Source: Hypanus sabinus (Eukaryota). From it: 64,000 bases of DNA. The notes beneath the pieces are model-generated. The model was not told where the DNA came from. It saw only the letters and a program-made list of their open reading frames with translations, and made no database searches. The stretch covers positions 15,500,001-15,564,000 of the forward strand of contig NC_082730.1 of assembly GCF_030144855.1 (NCBI RefSeq). Direction: 5' to 3'. Positions 12,215 through 26,096 of the stretch are shown here, one piece after another. A program made the position numbers and the translations under genes. Position 1 is the first letter of the stretch. The number at the start of each line of letters is the position of its first letter.

Positions 12215-14118
12215 AAGTTACAACAAAATACAAGCCCTTCGACCCACAAAGCTGTGCTGAACATGTACTGACTTTAAAAATTACCTCAGCATACTAATAG
12301 CCCTCTATTTTTCTAAGTTCCATGGACCTATCCAGGAGTCTCTTAAAATACCCTAATGCGTCCATCTCCACCACCGTTGCCGGCAGCCCATTCCACGCAC
12401 TCACCATTCTCTGCATAAAATACTTGCCCCTGACATCTCCTCTGTACCTACTTCCAAACACCTTAAAACTGTGCTGTCTCGTGATAGTCATTTCAGTCCT
12501 GGGAAAAGGTCTCTGCCTATCCACAAGATTAATGCCTCTCATCATCTTATACAGTCTATCAGGTCACCTCTCATCTTCCGTCGCTCAAAGGTGAAAACGC
12601 CAAGTTCTCTCAACCTATTATCATAAGGAATGATCACCAATCCAGGCAACATCCTTGTAGCTCTCCTCTGAACTCTTTCTATGGTTTTCACATGCTTCCT
12701 GTAGTGAGGTGACCAAAACAAGCACAGTACTCCAAGTAGGGTCTGACCAGTGTCCTATATAGCTGTAACGTTATCTCTCGGCTCTTGAACTCAATCCACT
12801 GATACCACTGATCCTCCACACTACAAAGAGTTTTACCATTAATACTATATTCTGCCATCATATTTGACCTACCAAAATAAACCACCTCACACTTATCTGG
12901 GTTGAACTCTATCTGACAATTCTCAGCCTAGTTTTACATCCTATCAACATCCTTTTGTAACCTCTGACAGCCCTCCACATTATCCACAACACCCCTAACG
13001 TTTGTGTCATCAACAAATTTACTAACCTAAACCTCCGCTTCCTCATCCAGGTCATTCATAAAAATCATGAAGCGAAAGGGTCCCAGAACAGATCCCTGAG
13101 GCACACAACTGTTCACCAACTTCCATGCAGAATATGACCTGTCTATAACCACACTTTGCCCTCTGTGTGCAAGCATTTCTGGACCCATAAAGCAAGGTCC
13201 CTTTGGATCACATGCCTCCTTACTTTCTCTTTAAGCCTTGCATGGGATACCTTGCTGAAATCCATATACACTACATCTACTGCTCTACCTTCATCAATAT
13301 ATTTAGACATGTCCTCAAAAATTTCAGTTAGGTTTGCAAAGCACAACGTACCTTTGACAAAGCCATGCTGACTATTCCTAATCTTATGATGCCTCTCCAA
13401 CTGTTCATAAATCTTGCCTCTCAGGATCTTCTCCATCGAATTACCAACCAGTGAAGTAAGACTCACTGGTCTATAATTTCCTGGGCTATCTCTACTCCCT
13501 TTCTTGAATAAGGGAACAACATCTGCAACCTTCCAATCCACTGGAACCTCTCCTGTCCCCATAGATGATGCAAAGATCATTGCCAGAGGCTCAGCAATCT
13601 CCTCCCTCACTTCCCACAGTAGACTAGGTTATAACTCGTCCAGTCCTGGTGACTTATATAAATTGATGCTTTCCAAAAGCTCCAGCACATCCTTTTTCTT
13701 AATATCTACATGCTCAAGCATTTCAGTCCACTGTAAGTCATCCCTACAATGGCCAAGATCCTCTTCGGTAGTGAATACTGAAGCAAAGTATTCATTAAGT
13801 ACCTTCGCTCCCTCCTCCGGTTCCATTCACACTTTTCCACTGTCACACTTGATTGGTTCCCTGCTGCTCACATACTTGTAGAATTCCTTGGGGTTTTCCT
13901 TAATCCTGCTCGCCGAGGCCTCCTCATAGCCCCTTCTGGCTCTCCTAATTTTATTCTTAAACTTCTTCCTGCTAGCCTTATAATTTTCTAGATCTCTATC
14001 ATTACGTAGTCTTTTGAACTCTTGATAAGCTTTTCTTTTCTTCATGACTGGATTTTCAAATGCCTTTGTAAACCACAGTACCTGTGTTCTACCATCCTTT
14101 CCGTCTTGGAACGTTCCT
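12215..14118 (-). mobile_element. CR1 LINE, about 1.9 kb 5'-truncated copy
   Basis: Successive minus-strand ORFs, e.g. 13143-13610 EEIAEPLAMIFASSMGTGEVPVDWKVADVVPLFKKGSRDSPGNYRPVSLTS..YMDFSK, through to the 3' end near 12215. Confidence 0.92.
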
Positions 14119-14229
14119 GTGATATTTGCATTAATGACCAGGTGAAAATTTATAACTAATAAAGTGGCAGAAGAATGTTTCATTTTCAAACGTTCATTCA
14201 GTGTCTGAATGTTTAATTGTTTCCTGCAG

Positions 14230-14550
14230 AACCTGTGTCTGTTCCTGTGCTTCAATATCTATCACCAGCAAATGTCTCACGTCTCGGGGGCTCAGTGTCA
14301 GTTTCCTGTGAGTCCTTCCAGGGATCCCTTCCCATTCAGTACAGATGGTATGAACAAACCTCATCTGGGCATCCAAAGATCTCAGATACCGATGAACTGA
14401 CTCTACGTTGTCAATCCTTCAACCACACACACCATCAATATTACTGCAGAGCCTCGAATTGGTTTGGAGCAAGATCCAGTGCAGTGGTTAATGTGACAGT
14501 CTTCAACAACAGTGAGATCTGCAGTTACGTGACAGAAATCAATGGCACCA
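14230..14550 (+). CDS. Ig C2/I-type exon (C2(A) copy 1)
   Basis: ttcctgcag acceptor, A|gtaagt donor, 321 nt, phase 1-1, open: EPVSVPVLQY..GGSVSVSCESFQGSLPIQYRWYE..LTLRCQS..QYYCRASN..VNVTV..EICSYVTEINGT. Confidence 0.9.
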
Positions 14551-15033
14551 GTAAGTTCTAATTTCAAGGGAGGATATATTTGAATATTTATTTTTGTTAC
14601 TCTGTTACTGCTGCTCTTATACTTTTAGTGAGAGTAAGGAATTTCTTTGCATTTGTATAAGCTGCACATTGCAGCCTCTGTGAGGTATATATGAAGTGCA
14701 GTGAACAGTTAAGTCTGGCACTTCCTCCAGGAAGAAGTAGATCATCTCAAACGTAGTTGTGCTTGCATGTCCAGACAAATTCAGAACATTCCTTTCATAC
14801 TTTTCTCTATGGTTTGAGAAGACTAGAATAGGTATTGAGATATGAGACAGTGACACTCTCATAAAAGCAAAAGAAACAATTATAAAATTGCAAATATTGG
14901 TTGGATTGACAGAAATTTGGCAATGTCAGGGGCACACTTGAGTGTAGATGCTATTACTAAGGAGAAGGTGCTTGGGAAGCTGAGGGATCTGCAGGTAGAT
15001 GAATCATTTGGACCAGATTGTCTATAACTCAAG

Positions 15034-15662
15034 TGTAAAGAGGGTTTCTTCTTTTTGTTAACTAGCAGGAATGCTAACTTACTGATAATGAGAATGGTAT
15101 TCCTTTGTAAACCAAATGGGGATTAATGTTCTTTCTTCTGAGTCTGTAAGCTTTTGTTGACGGGCTTTTGGGCAGATCGGCGCGAAGGGGTCGAGAGAGA
15201 GGACGCAATGCTGTAAGCTGGGCGAGGATCGGACCCCAAAGGGGGGTCCGAAGCCGGGAGGTACTCCGAGGAGGGGGGATGAAGCTAGATGTGCTTGGTT
15301 GACCACTCGGAGGATCCTGAGCTGCAAGTCGAGGAGTTCGGAGGGGATCGAATGGTGGCCAGAAGACTTCAGAAATTGAGCTCCAACGGTTGTGCACGAA
15401 GTGGTTTGGACTTTGATAAGTTTGGCACCTTTTCTTTATTTTTTTTCTCTTCATATATACTGTATCATTATTAATCACTTAGTTATAGTAACTTTTATAA
15501 ATTGTACTCATTTAATCGCTTATGGTGTACTGTCTGTTGTTGGGCGAGGCGGGGACATCACACAGCATCCACACCAGCTGATTACAAAGTTTGGCGGGGC
15601 CGAAGGCTGCTCCCCCTAGACGAAATGAGCTGAGCGAGCCTGAGGTGACCCAGGGGGTTACA
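15034..15662. mobile_element. Solo LTR (629 bp)
   Basis: tgtaaag...ggttaca termini; 4-bp TSD CAAG at 15030-15033 and 15663-15666; empty site with a single CAAG in paralog at 42319-42322; same family as 25381-26096. Confidence 0.9.
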
Positions 15663-18482
15663 CAAGGTTCTGAAATAGTTATATAAAGAAATTGTGGAGG
15701 CATTAGTGTTGACCTTTCAAGAATAATTAGATTCTGGAATGTTCAAAGGACTGGAAAATTGGAAATATCAGCCCACTCTTTAAGAAAGGAGGGAGGCAAA
15801 AAGCAGGAAATTGCTGACCAGTTAGCATGACATCAGTGGTTGGGAAGGTGTTGGAGTCCATTATTATGAACAAGATTTTGGGGTACTTGGATGTATATGA
15901 TCAAATATGGTTCTCTTATGGGGAAATCTCACCTGAAAAATCAGCCTCAGACTGCAAGGACATCCTTTTGTTTTATTTCTTTCCCGATAGAGTACTGGGT
16001 ACGTCCTTCTAGCCCTTTGGGCCACAGCACCACGACAAACCCATTAAGTGTAACTTAATCACTGGGCAATCTGCAAAGACCAATTCACCTGATCAGTCTG
16101 TCTTTGGACTATGGGAAGAAACAGGACCACCTTGGAGGTCACACCACACATTCCATATGGAGGATGTACAGACTCCATACATTTAGAACAGAGATAAAGA
16201 AGAACTTGCCAGACTGTGTTGAATCTGTGGAATTCAATGTCATATGTGGCTTTTGAGGCCAAGTCACTGGGTATAATTAAAGTGTAGCTCAATAGTTTAT
16301 TGTTTAGGAAAGGCATCGAAGATTATGAGGAGAAATCAGGAGAATGGAATTGAATGGGATAATAAATCAGCCTTGATAGAATAGTGGAGCAGACTGTATG
16401 GGCCAAAAGGCCTAATTCTCCTTCTACGTCTTACATTCTCATTGTCTTTGGTCGTCTCTAGCTGTGACTACCTGAGCCGCCCAGGTAAATTACTAAATGC
16501 TGAAACTGAGTTTCTGGTTGTTGAATAAAAACCCTCACTCACTTTGAGATGTGAGCAGGGAATCAATTACTTCTATTTGTGTCTATGTACGATGTGAACT
16601 AGCCTGCTGTAGTTCATGATTCTAACATGGAAATAAACCTTAAAATCCCTTTTAAACACTAAAGGAATGCTAGTCCAAGGCGAGGGACAGGCCAGTGTTC
16701 AGCTTGCTGCACCCCGAGGTTTATTGGCCTTTATGGTGAACTGAGGCTGTGGCTTGAAATTATCAGGCTCCTGAATTGGTTAGAATGATGATTGGCTTCT
16801 TGCCTGTGGCCTCAGTATTATGAATTTTAGTTCCACGTGTTATTTGCTTTCTTTGATTTGCTTTTTTTTCTGCATATTGTGTGTATGACAGTCCTTTTCC
16901 AATGGGTTCTGTTGTTTTTTTTTGTTTTATGGTTGCCAGGAAGGAGGTGAATCTATGCAATGAAATAGAATTCTGAATTAAACCTTTCAAAAGTGTGGTC
17001 CAGTTTAGAGAGGATGCTGCAGAGAGTTACAGATTATGGAAACAGGAGCTTCACCCCAAATTGTCCATGCTGACCTCAGTGTCTTCCTGAGCTTCACACA
17101 TTTCCCTGCAATTGGCCTCTATCCTTCTAAAACTTCTCTGTACATGAACTTGTCCAAATGTATTTTAAATAGTGTATTTGTACCCATGTCTCACACTTCC
17201 TCTGGCAGCCTTTTCCATGCACGCACTGCTCTGTGTGGAAAACACTGCTGCTCCAGTCTATCTGAGAATTTCTCCACAGTCCTTAAGCCGAGGGGCTCTA
17301 GTTTTTGACTCCACTACCCTGGAATAAAGACTGTGATTATCCACAATACCTTTCCCAACAAAATAAAGTAACACAATAAAATCCATGTAAAACTACACAC
17401 AACAAAGACTGACAAAAAACCAGTATGCAAAAGATGACAAATTGTGCAAAGAATAAAAACGAACTATTGACGAATCTTGTGGCTTGGGCCCCAAGACTCC
17501 AGCACCTTTCACCTGATGGAGGTACTGAGAAGAGAGGGAGAGGGGTCAAAAGTAAGCAGGCACGACAGGCTCTGGTGGGGGGAAATTGCTGACACTGAGT
17601 AATGGGGCTGAACACCAGCTCATTTTCCAAATCCCTTCATAAACTTTTTCCACTGTCCACTGCACTACAGTGTCAACCATAATATAGAAATCAAACCATT
17701 TGCATTTTCATTCCAAATTATTAATATTGATGACAAATTTGCTCCACTACCACAATCTGACTCTTTCCACCAAGCCTATTCAGTATCCACCCAGCTAGCT
17801 TACCAAGAGAACTCACATTACAGATCAGTCTACCTTGCAAGGTATGGTCATAAGCCTTTCTAAACTCAACTACTAAATTACAAGATCCTGTCCTTATCTG
17901 TTCCTTTGATCATCTCTCAAAGAAAACTCAGTCAAATATTTTTGAGAGAAGAATTCTCATGCATAAAATCGTGTTCACTATCCAAAATCAGATCTTGCCT
18001 TGGCAAATACAGGTAGATCCTGTTTCACACAATCACTTCCAGTTAAGTCACCCACCACTGATCTTTTGCTCTCCAGCCTAAAATGGGATTGAATCAGTAA
18101 TCTATTGACTCAGAAATGTGGAAACTCTCTGAGACATTCATGGGCAGTGACAATGATGACTCCAATCAAATAAAAATCATTACTTGTGAAGAGCTGTGAG
18201 CACGTGATGAGGGACGATGCTGCTGTCTTCTCAGTCCATGTGGAATTCAATTGTACCAATAGACAGTGTAGCAGATTCCATAGAATACAGTGACAATTTT
18301 AAAAGAAATACCTTTATTAATACGATTGCATTTCTTACCTTTTCTGTCAGATCCAGTGTGATAATGATTTTGTTCTCCTTTACACCTTTGTACAGTAAAT
18401 GAAATGAAATAATCTAGAATCTTGTATCTCCCTGTGTTGATCTGATTTCACCTGTGCATTTTCTGAGAAACTTCTCCCTCAG

Positions 18483-18803
18483 TTTCAGGTGCTTTATGGG
18501 CAGAAGATAAAGTAAGAGGAGTTGTGGGAAGAGCGGTCACAATCGATTGTCACTATGCACTAATGTACCGTTCACACACAAAGTACTTGTGCCGCATGTG
18601 GGATCAGCAGTGCACATCGTTAGTGAATACAAATGGCCAAAATGAGCAGTATGGAAGAATGACAATTAGAGATAACACAACCGAGGGATTATTTACTGTT
18701 ACTATGGAGAATCTTGTCTCTAATGATACAGGGCATTACAGATGTGGAATTACAACATCCGGCAAGCATCCAGTGTTTGATGTGCATCTGCAAGTATCTG
18801 ACG
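18483..18803 (+). CDS. Ig V-type exon, CD300/pIgR/MDIR-like (V(B) copy 2)
   Basis: ctccctcag acceptor, G|gtaggt donor, 321 nt, phase 1-1, open frame, all four Cys retained. Confidence 0.9.
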
Positions 18804-21334
18804 GTAGGTTACTCATTGACTGACTTGATGTCTCCACTGAAAGGTCTGATTCATATTTTCCTGGGAAGAGTCAGGAATATCTGGAAGCTCCTCAGCAATA
18901 CAGAGCCCTGCAGCAAGTGGACAAGGATAAATAAACCCCTCTCATGTTGCTGTCACCCAGTGTAGGGTCTGACCCACTGATAGAACACCAATTTCCAGTG
19001 AAAGCTCAGCATATTTTCCCGCCTCTGAACTCCAGGAAATGTCACCCTGTCAGAGGAGGAGCTGTTCGCTATCCTGAGGCACATCGGTGTGGATTGATCC
19101 CCAGGGCCTGCTAAGGTGTTCCCTTGGACCTCATGGGAGACACGTGCAGAAAATACCTGGGCCCTGACAAACATATTTAAACTATTCTTAGCAACAGGAG
19201 AGGTACCAGAGGATCAGAGAGTAGCCAATGTTGTTCTGCTATTTAACAAAGGCTTTAAGCATAAATTAGGAAATTGTAGGGCAGTGAATCTCACATCAGT
19301 TGCTGGAAAGTTACTGGAATGTATTCTAAGTGACCGGATAGACATATCGTATTTGGAGGGACATGGGCTGATTAAGAATAGTCAGCATGGCTTCGTGTGT
19401 GGTAGTACATATCTAATCAAACTTACAGATTTCATCGTGGAGATTACCAGGAAAGTGGATAAAGGGAAGACAGTGAATGTTGTTTATGTAGACTTTTACA
19501 AGGCATTTACCCTCTCGTAAACATCCCCATCTTTTCCACAGGGTTGCAAACAGACCTATCCAAAGTTTTATGAAGCTACAAAATGCCTTGTCAGCTTTAG
19601 TCTCCAACATCAATTGAATTGAATCTGTTCTTTATATCCTTCACAAATATGAGGAGTAAAAACATTTATGTTGCGTCTCCATCTGAAAGTGCAATATGCA
19701 ATTTATAGTCATTTGTAGCAAATAGTATGTGCAAAAGAACAGTCAGTATAGCATAGACATACAATTGTATCAGCATGAATTCATCAGTCTAGTGGCCTGG
19801 TGGAAGAAGCTGTCCCAGAGACTGTTGGTCCTGGTTTTAATGCTGCGGTACCGTTTCTGGGATGGAAGCAGGTGGAACCTGTTTTTAGGTTCCTTACATT
19901 GAGATTCATAACCTCATATTGTCCCATTCACCATGTTTTGGCTCCACATTCATCAACATATACAGTTGGGAAGCCCTGAAGTCATCATCAACCCACACTT
20001 TTTTATGTCATTTGCAATGTAGTGGTTACTTTAAAGCAAAACAAAAACTCAAGAGAGGTGGGACTCGATACTGTATGATGCATTTCAAAATAACTGTATT
20101 CCAAGAAATTACTTTGATCCTTTTATTATGAAGATTCACGAGGGGAATTGACAATGTGAAAGTTCACAGTATTATCTTCTATAGTCGTTTGGTCTAAAGG
20201 TAGAGGAAGAGAGGGGAAGGATATAACAAGAGCCTTTGGGCATGTTTTTCACACAGAGGATAGTGGGTATATGGAATGAGTTGCTCAATGAAGTGGTAGA
20301 AGTGGGTACAGTAAAAATGAATAAAAGATTTCTATACCAGCACATATACAGAAAAGGGAAATGGGACTAATACAACCAGGTGGAATTAGCTCAGGCAGGT
20401 CAGTGTGTCTGAGTTGTGCAGAAGGGCCTGTTCCCGTACTGTATAACTCTCTGATGCTCAATGACATTTGTCTGACCAATATGAGAACAGGAACAGAAGA
20501 GATTCTGCAGATGCTGGACAACAAGAGCAACATATACAAAATGGTGGAGGAAATCAGCAGGTCAGGCAGCATCAATGAATCAAATCAACAGTTGATGTTT
20601 CAGGCAGAGACCCTCATCAGAAATGTCAACTGTTTATTCATTTCCGTACATACTGCCAGACCTGATGAGTTCCCTCAGCATTTTCTAATAAACTAGAGCA
20701 GCTTTGCCACTGAGAACAGAAACATGATCCTGTTGTATGACTCTCTGACATTTGTCTGCCAAATATGACATCATGCACTCTTGCTTGACCCCATTCGGAA
20801 AACACATCCACGTGAGACTGACTTTTTATGCCTTGCCTCAACAGGACGTGAATATTCATTTCCAACAGTGTCATCTGCAAGGTAAATCACTTGATTCAGT
20901 TTTGCACAATGGTACAATGTTCTCACTGCTAAATCTATGTTTGGCCCTTTCTGATATTATGCTGTCTGTTCTCTGAGACCAAGCAGTCTGAGTCTTCTCC
21001 CTTCTTCTTGCACACTTCATCTCTATGAAGAGCCATTCAACATTGCTTTTTTTTTCCCAATGCATTAATTTGTTTCATACCTACATCATTATAAATCACA
21101 ATAACATACCTTTTATTGTTTTTACACATTCTTGCTTTTTGTGCATGCTCTGGTTGATTGATCCTGCGGTTGTTTCAATTTGCAAATTCACTTATTGGCT
21201 TTTGGATTTGTTATGAAATTCATTGAACTTAATTCCTCCATCCCAACATAAACACCAGTCCAGTAATAATGAGTTGTTTTTTTTTCTGATCAACAATGTT
21301 TATCATTCTCAGTTCCATATTCATTCATTTATTT

Positions 21335-21635
21335 TGTGACATGTCGTATAATGTGGATGATCATGGTCTTTCCATGACTATGATTGTTTTGGCAAATTTT
21401 TCTACAGAAGTTGTTTACCATTAACCTCCTATGGGCAGTGTCTCTATAAGACAGGTTATCCCAGCCATTAACAATACACTTCAGGAATTGTCTGCCTGGC
21501 ATCATTGGTCGCATAGCCAGCTGCTCATATGACCATCCAGCACCTGCTCCAATGGCTTCATGTCACCCACATCTGTAGAGCTGAGCAAATGCTACTCCTT
21601 GCCCAAGGGTGACCAGGAGACTAGCAAAGGGAAGC
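21335..21635 (-). mobile_element. Short non-autonomous retroelement/SINE-like repeat (family uncertain)
   Basis: Self-contained block (cttctgtagaaaaatttgccaaaacaatcatagtcatggaaagaccatgatc on minus) between unrelated flanks; recognised by pattern only. Confidence 0.4.
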
Positions 21636-21639
21636 AGCA

Positions 21640-23940
21640 CCTTAGATTGTGTGTTGTATAATAACCCAGAACTTATTCGGGATTTTAATGTAAAGGAAGC
21701 CTTAGGAGGCAGTGATCATAATATGATTGAATTCATACTGCAATCTGAGAGGAAGAAGCATAACTCATATGTATCAGTATCGCAATGGAAAAAGTGAATT
21801 ACAGAGGCATGAGAGAAGAGTTTGTGCAGATGGATTGGAGGAGGATACCGGCAGGGATGAAAGCAGAGCAGAGATGGCTGAATTTTCACAAGGCAAAGGA
21901 TAGATTTGCCCCACAGAGGAAGAAGTTATCAAATGGCAGGGGTAGGCAACTGTGGCTGACAAAGGAAATTAAGGACTGCATTAAAGCCATGGAAAGAACA
22001 TATTAGGTAGCAAAGGTGAGAGGCTGGTTGGATGATTGGTGAGCCTTCAAGATCCAAAACAAGGAAACTAAAAAAGCTATAAGTGAAAAGATAAAATATG
22101 ACGATAGACGGTTCAGTAATATAAAACAGGTTACCAAAAGTCTTTTCAGTTTTATAAATAATAAAAGGGAGGAGAGAGATGATATTGGATCACTGAAAAG
22201 TTATACTGGTAAGCTAGTAATGGGGGGCAAAGAAATGGCAAATGAACTTCATCAGTACTTTGCATCTGTCTTCATTATGGAAGATACTAGCAGTGTGCCA
22301 GTGGTCCATGAGTGTTAGGGAGCAAAGAAGGTTCCATTGCTATTAGGAAAGGATAAAGGTGCGAGGCAAACTCAAAAGTCGTATCATGGATAAGACACCT
22401 TGACCAGATGGACTACATCCCACAGTTCTGAGAGAGGTTGCTGAAGAGATAAAGGATTCATTGGTCATGATCGTTCAAGAATCATTTGATCCTGGCATGG
22501 TCCCAGAGGAATGTAAAGTTGCAACAGTCACTCCACTCTTTAAGAAAGGAGGAATGCAAATGAAAGGAAATTATAGGCCAGTTAGCCTAAACTCAGTGGT
22601 TGAGAAAGTGTTGGAGTCTATTATTAAGGATGAGATTTCAAGGTGCTTAGAGACTAATGATAAAATAAGTCAAAGTCAACATGTTTTCTCTGAAGGGAAA
22701 TCTTTCCTGGCAAATCTATTAGAGTTCTTACAGGAAGTAACAAGCAGGATGGAGAAAAGGGAGGCAGTGGATGTCATTTATTTGGACTTTCAAAGGCATT
22801 TGATGAGGTGCCACACATGAGGCTGCTTAACAGGATAAAATCCTATGGGTTTACAGTAAGGATTCTGGCATGGATAGCAGAATGGCTGACAGGCAAGAGG
22901 CAGCAAATGGGAATAAGAGGGGCCTTTTCTGGTTGGCTACCAGTGACCTGAGGTGTTCCTCAGGGGTCAGTATTGGACTGCAATTTTTCCACATTGTTTC
23001 TCAATGATTTAGATAATGGCGTTGATGGCTTTGTGGCAAAGTTTGCAGATGATCGAAAGATAGGTGCAGAGATAGGTGGTGCTGAGAAAGCAATGCAATT
23101 GCAGCAGGACTTAGACCAAATTGGAAGAATGGACAAAATGCGGCAGATGGAATACAGTGTTGGGAAATATATGATAATGTATTTTTTTAAAAAAGGAATA
23201 ATAGTGCGCATCATAATCTACCTGGGGAGTAGTTTCAAAATTTCATAGCGGCGGAGGGACTTAGGAGACCTCGTGTAAGATTCCCAGAAGTTTAATTTAC
23301 AGTATGAACCTGTGGTAAAGAAGGCAAATGCAATGTTGTCATTTCTTTTAAGGAGAATAGAATATAAAATAAAGGAGATAATGTTGAGTGTTTATAAGAC
23401 TCTGATCAGGCTGCACTTGGAATATTGTCTACAGTTTTGTTTCCGATATCTCAGAAAGAATATGTTGTCTTTGGAGAGAATCCAGAGGAGGTTCATGAGG
23501 ATGATTCCTGGGATAAAAGACTTAACATAGGAAGAGCCTCTGTTCCTTTGGGCCTGTACTAAATGGAATTTAGAAGAAAGCGTGGGGATTTCATGAAACC
23601 TACAAAATGCAGAAAGGAATTGATCGGGTGGATATGGAGTTGATGTTTCCTATTGTGGGGGTATAGAGGGCACAGCCTCAAAATTGAGGTCTGACCCTTT
23701 AGAACAGAGATAAAGAGGAAATTTATAGCCAGAGACCAAAATCTGTGGAATACACAACCATGGATCGCGGTGAAGGTCAAGTCTGTGTGTATATTTAAGG
23801 TGGAAGTTTATCGTTTCCTCTTCACTCAGGACATCAAAGGATATGGCGAGAAGGCAGGTGTATGGAGCTGAGTGGGATCTGGGATCTGCCGTGACAAAAT
23901 CGATGGGATGAGTGGTCTCATTCTGCTCCTTTGTCTTAGG
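21640..23940 (+). mobile_element. CR1 LINE, about 2.3 kb degenerate copy
   Basis: LDCVLYNNPELIRDFNVKEALGGSDHNMIEF; VTPLFKKGG..GNYRPVSLNSVVEKVLES; FVAKFADDRKIG; CR1 3' end near 23940. Confidence 0.9.
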
Positions 23941-25380
23941 GTCTTACACCTCCTTTGGCAGAGATGTATTTCCATCCCACAACTCAATATTAATCATTCT
24001 AATTTGTCCGCATTATTTCATGTCCCTTCTCCCTTTCACCATCAGTCACACGTAATTTATTATCTGTCAGATCTATCCACCTGGACTCTATCACAGTCTT
24101 CCTTATGGGAGTGTCCACTTCCTTCAATTGTATCTCTTTATCATCGTCGCACCTCCGCATTTCACTATATCCTTCTCTTCCTTTCCAAAATTTATTTTCA
24201 CTTTGCAAATTCAGATTTGCAGTCTTCATTTTTCTGCAGCCATGTTCTAGTACTTAGATCTGTAACTGATCATCAGAGGTTATTTTCTTTCTTTCTCTCT
24301 GTCGGATAATATCTTAGCCTCCTGTTTCAACCCCTGGCTCAGCTGCTTTACCTCACTCCACTCCACTGAGATTACAGTTGAAACAGGAGGCAAATGTTTC
24401 AAACACAAAGCCACCTCATTTCCTCGTACTGATTCTATACCTCTTCCCCTTTGCCCAGTTTCATGATGTGGAAGGTGGGTCGTTGGCTGCTCCTCACTCT
24501 CCTGATGATGAGCACGATTTCAGTCATGTGGGTCACAAGGGAAACTAAGGTAGGCTTATGGAATCGCTTTTAGATATACTGATCATGATATAACTCAGCT
24601 TTGACATGCTCTCTTGTGTGTATCATACTTCATGTCAATGTTTGGAATGCTTGCTTCAGATGGAATTTCATAATGAGTGAAATAAAGCAGAGATCCCATT
24701 GTTGGAGTATCTGATGGGTTGACCATTGCCTTTTGCAGAGACGTGATGAATCTGATCCTCACTGCATGGTGGTCCAGGAGGTAAAGTGAAGACTCCCAGA
24801 TTACACTGACTGTGCTGGAATTTTGCATCAAGATCAAATGTTACTTTTTCTGCCCACTTTGCAGTGTGAGAATTCAACTGTTGACTCCATGAAGACAAAA
24901 AAATAACAAGACAATGTCATCATCCTTCCAGGCAGTGACTTTGACTTTTGAATTCCTTCTCCAACATGTTACCCACGATTATATCAATATTACAGCAGTT
25001 TACCCAAACCCAGCAAAAATTTTAAACCTTATATAACTGTGAACTGATTAATAGCGTTTGAAACTGTTAAACTTTGTTCTATAGATACAAATGCCTGCAG
25101 ATGTTGTTTATGCTAATAACCAATGAATGATAATGAATTAAAATGCTTCTTCATAAACTGATATTATCAGTTTATGTTCTGATCTGAAGTGCATTCATGG
25201 GAAATAGATCACATTCAAGCTCTTAGACTTCCCTTTGCTGTCAACAGTTGTGAATCTTCAGTAAAGTGAAACAGTTAATCACTCATTCTGACATTCAATC
25301 AGAACAATTTTATGAAGCATCAGCTTTACTTTTATCTCTTCAGAAGCTGTCTGACCTACTGGGTAATTCTATTATTCACA

Positions 25381-26096
25381 TGTAAAGTGGGGTTTCATAT
25401 TTTTCTTTGTTACTGTTTTTGTTAATCAAAATGGTTTCTTTGTTTGTTAAAAGTAGGAATGCATCTTTGTTTTGAAAGAGTGCTGGAAGCTTGTTTGGGT
25501 TAAAACTTACTGATAAGGAGAATTGTATTCCTGTGTAAACCAATTGGGATTAATGTTGTTCTTTCTTCTGAGTCTGTAAGCTATTGCTGGCGGGCATTTT
25601 GGGGAGATCGGCGTGAGGAGGTGAGCGAGAGAGGACATGATGCTGTAAACTGGGCAAGGAATGGACCCCAAGTGGGAGTCCAAGGCCAGGAGGTACCCCA
25701 AGGAGAGGAGACGAAAATAGATGTGTTTGCTTGACCACTTCAGATGGTCCTGAGCTGCGAGTCGAGGAGTTCAGAGGGAATCAAATGGTGGCCAGAAGAC
25801 TTCAGTAATTGAGCTCCAACAGTTGTGCATGAAGTGGTTTGGACTTTGATAAGTTTGGCGCCTTTTCTTTATTTTCTTTTCCTTCATATGTACTGTATCG
25901 TTATTAATCACTTAGTTATAGTAACCTTTATAAATTGTACTCCTTTAATCGCATATGGTGTACTGTCTGTTTTTGGGCGAGGTAGGGACATCACACAGCA
26001 TCCACACAAGCTGATTACAAAGTTTGGCGGGGCCAAAGTCTGCTCCCCCTAGATGAGAATGAGCTGAGCGAGCCTGAGGCGACCCAGGGGGTTACA
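25381..26096. mobile_element. Solo LTR (716 bp), same family as 15034-15662
   Basis: tgtaaag...ggttaca termini; 4-bp TSD CACA at 25377-25380 and 26097-26100. Confidence 0.9.

Noticed and set aside
24595-24900. Degenerate RT-like coding on the minus strand
   Set aside because: Only vague resemblance to an RTE-type RT across several frames; too decayed to classify
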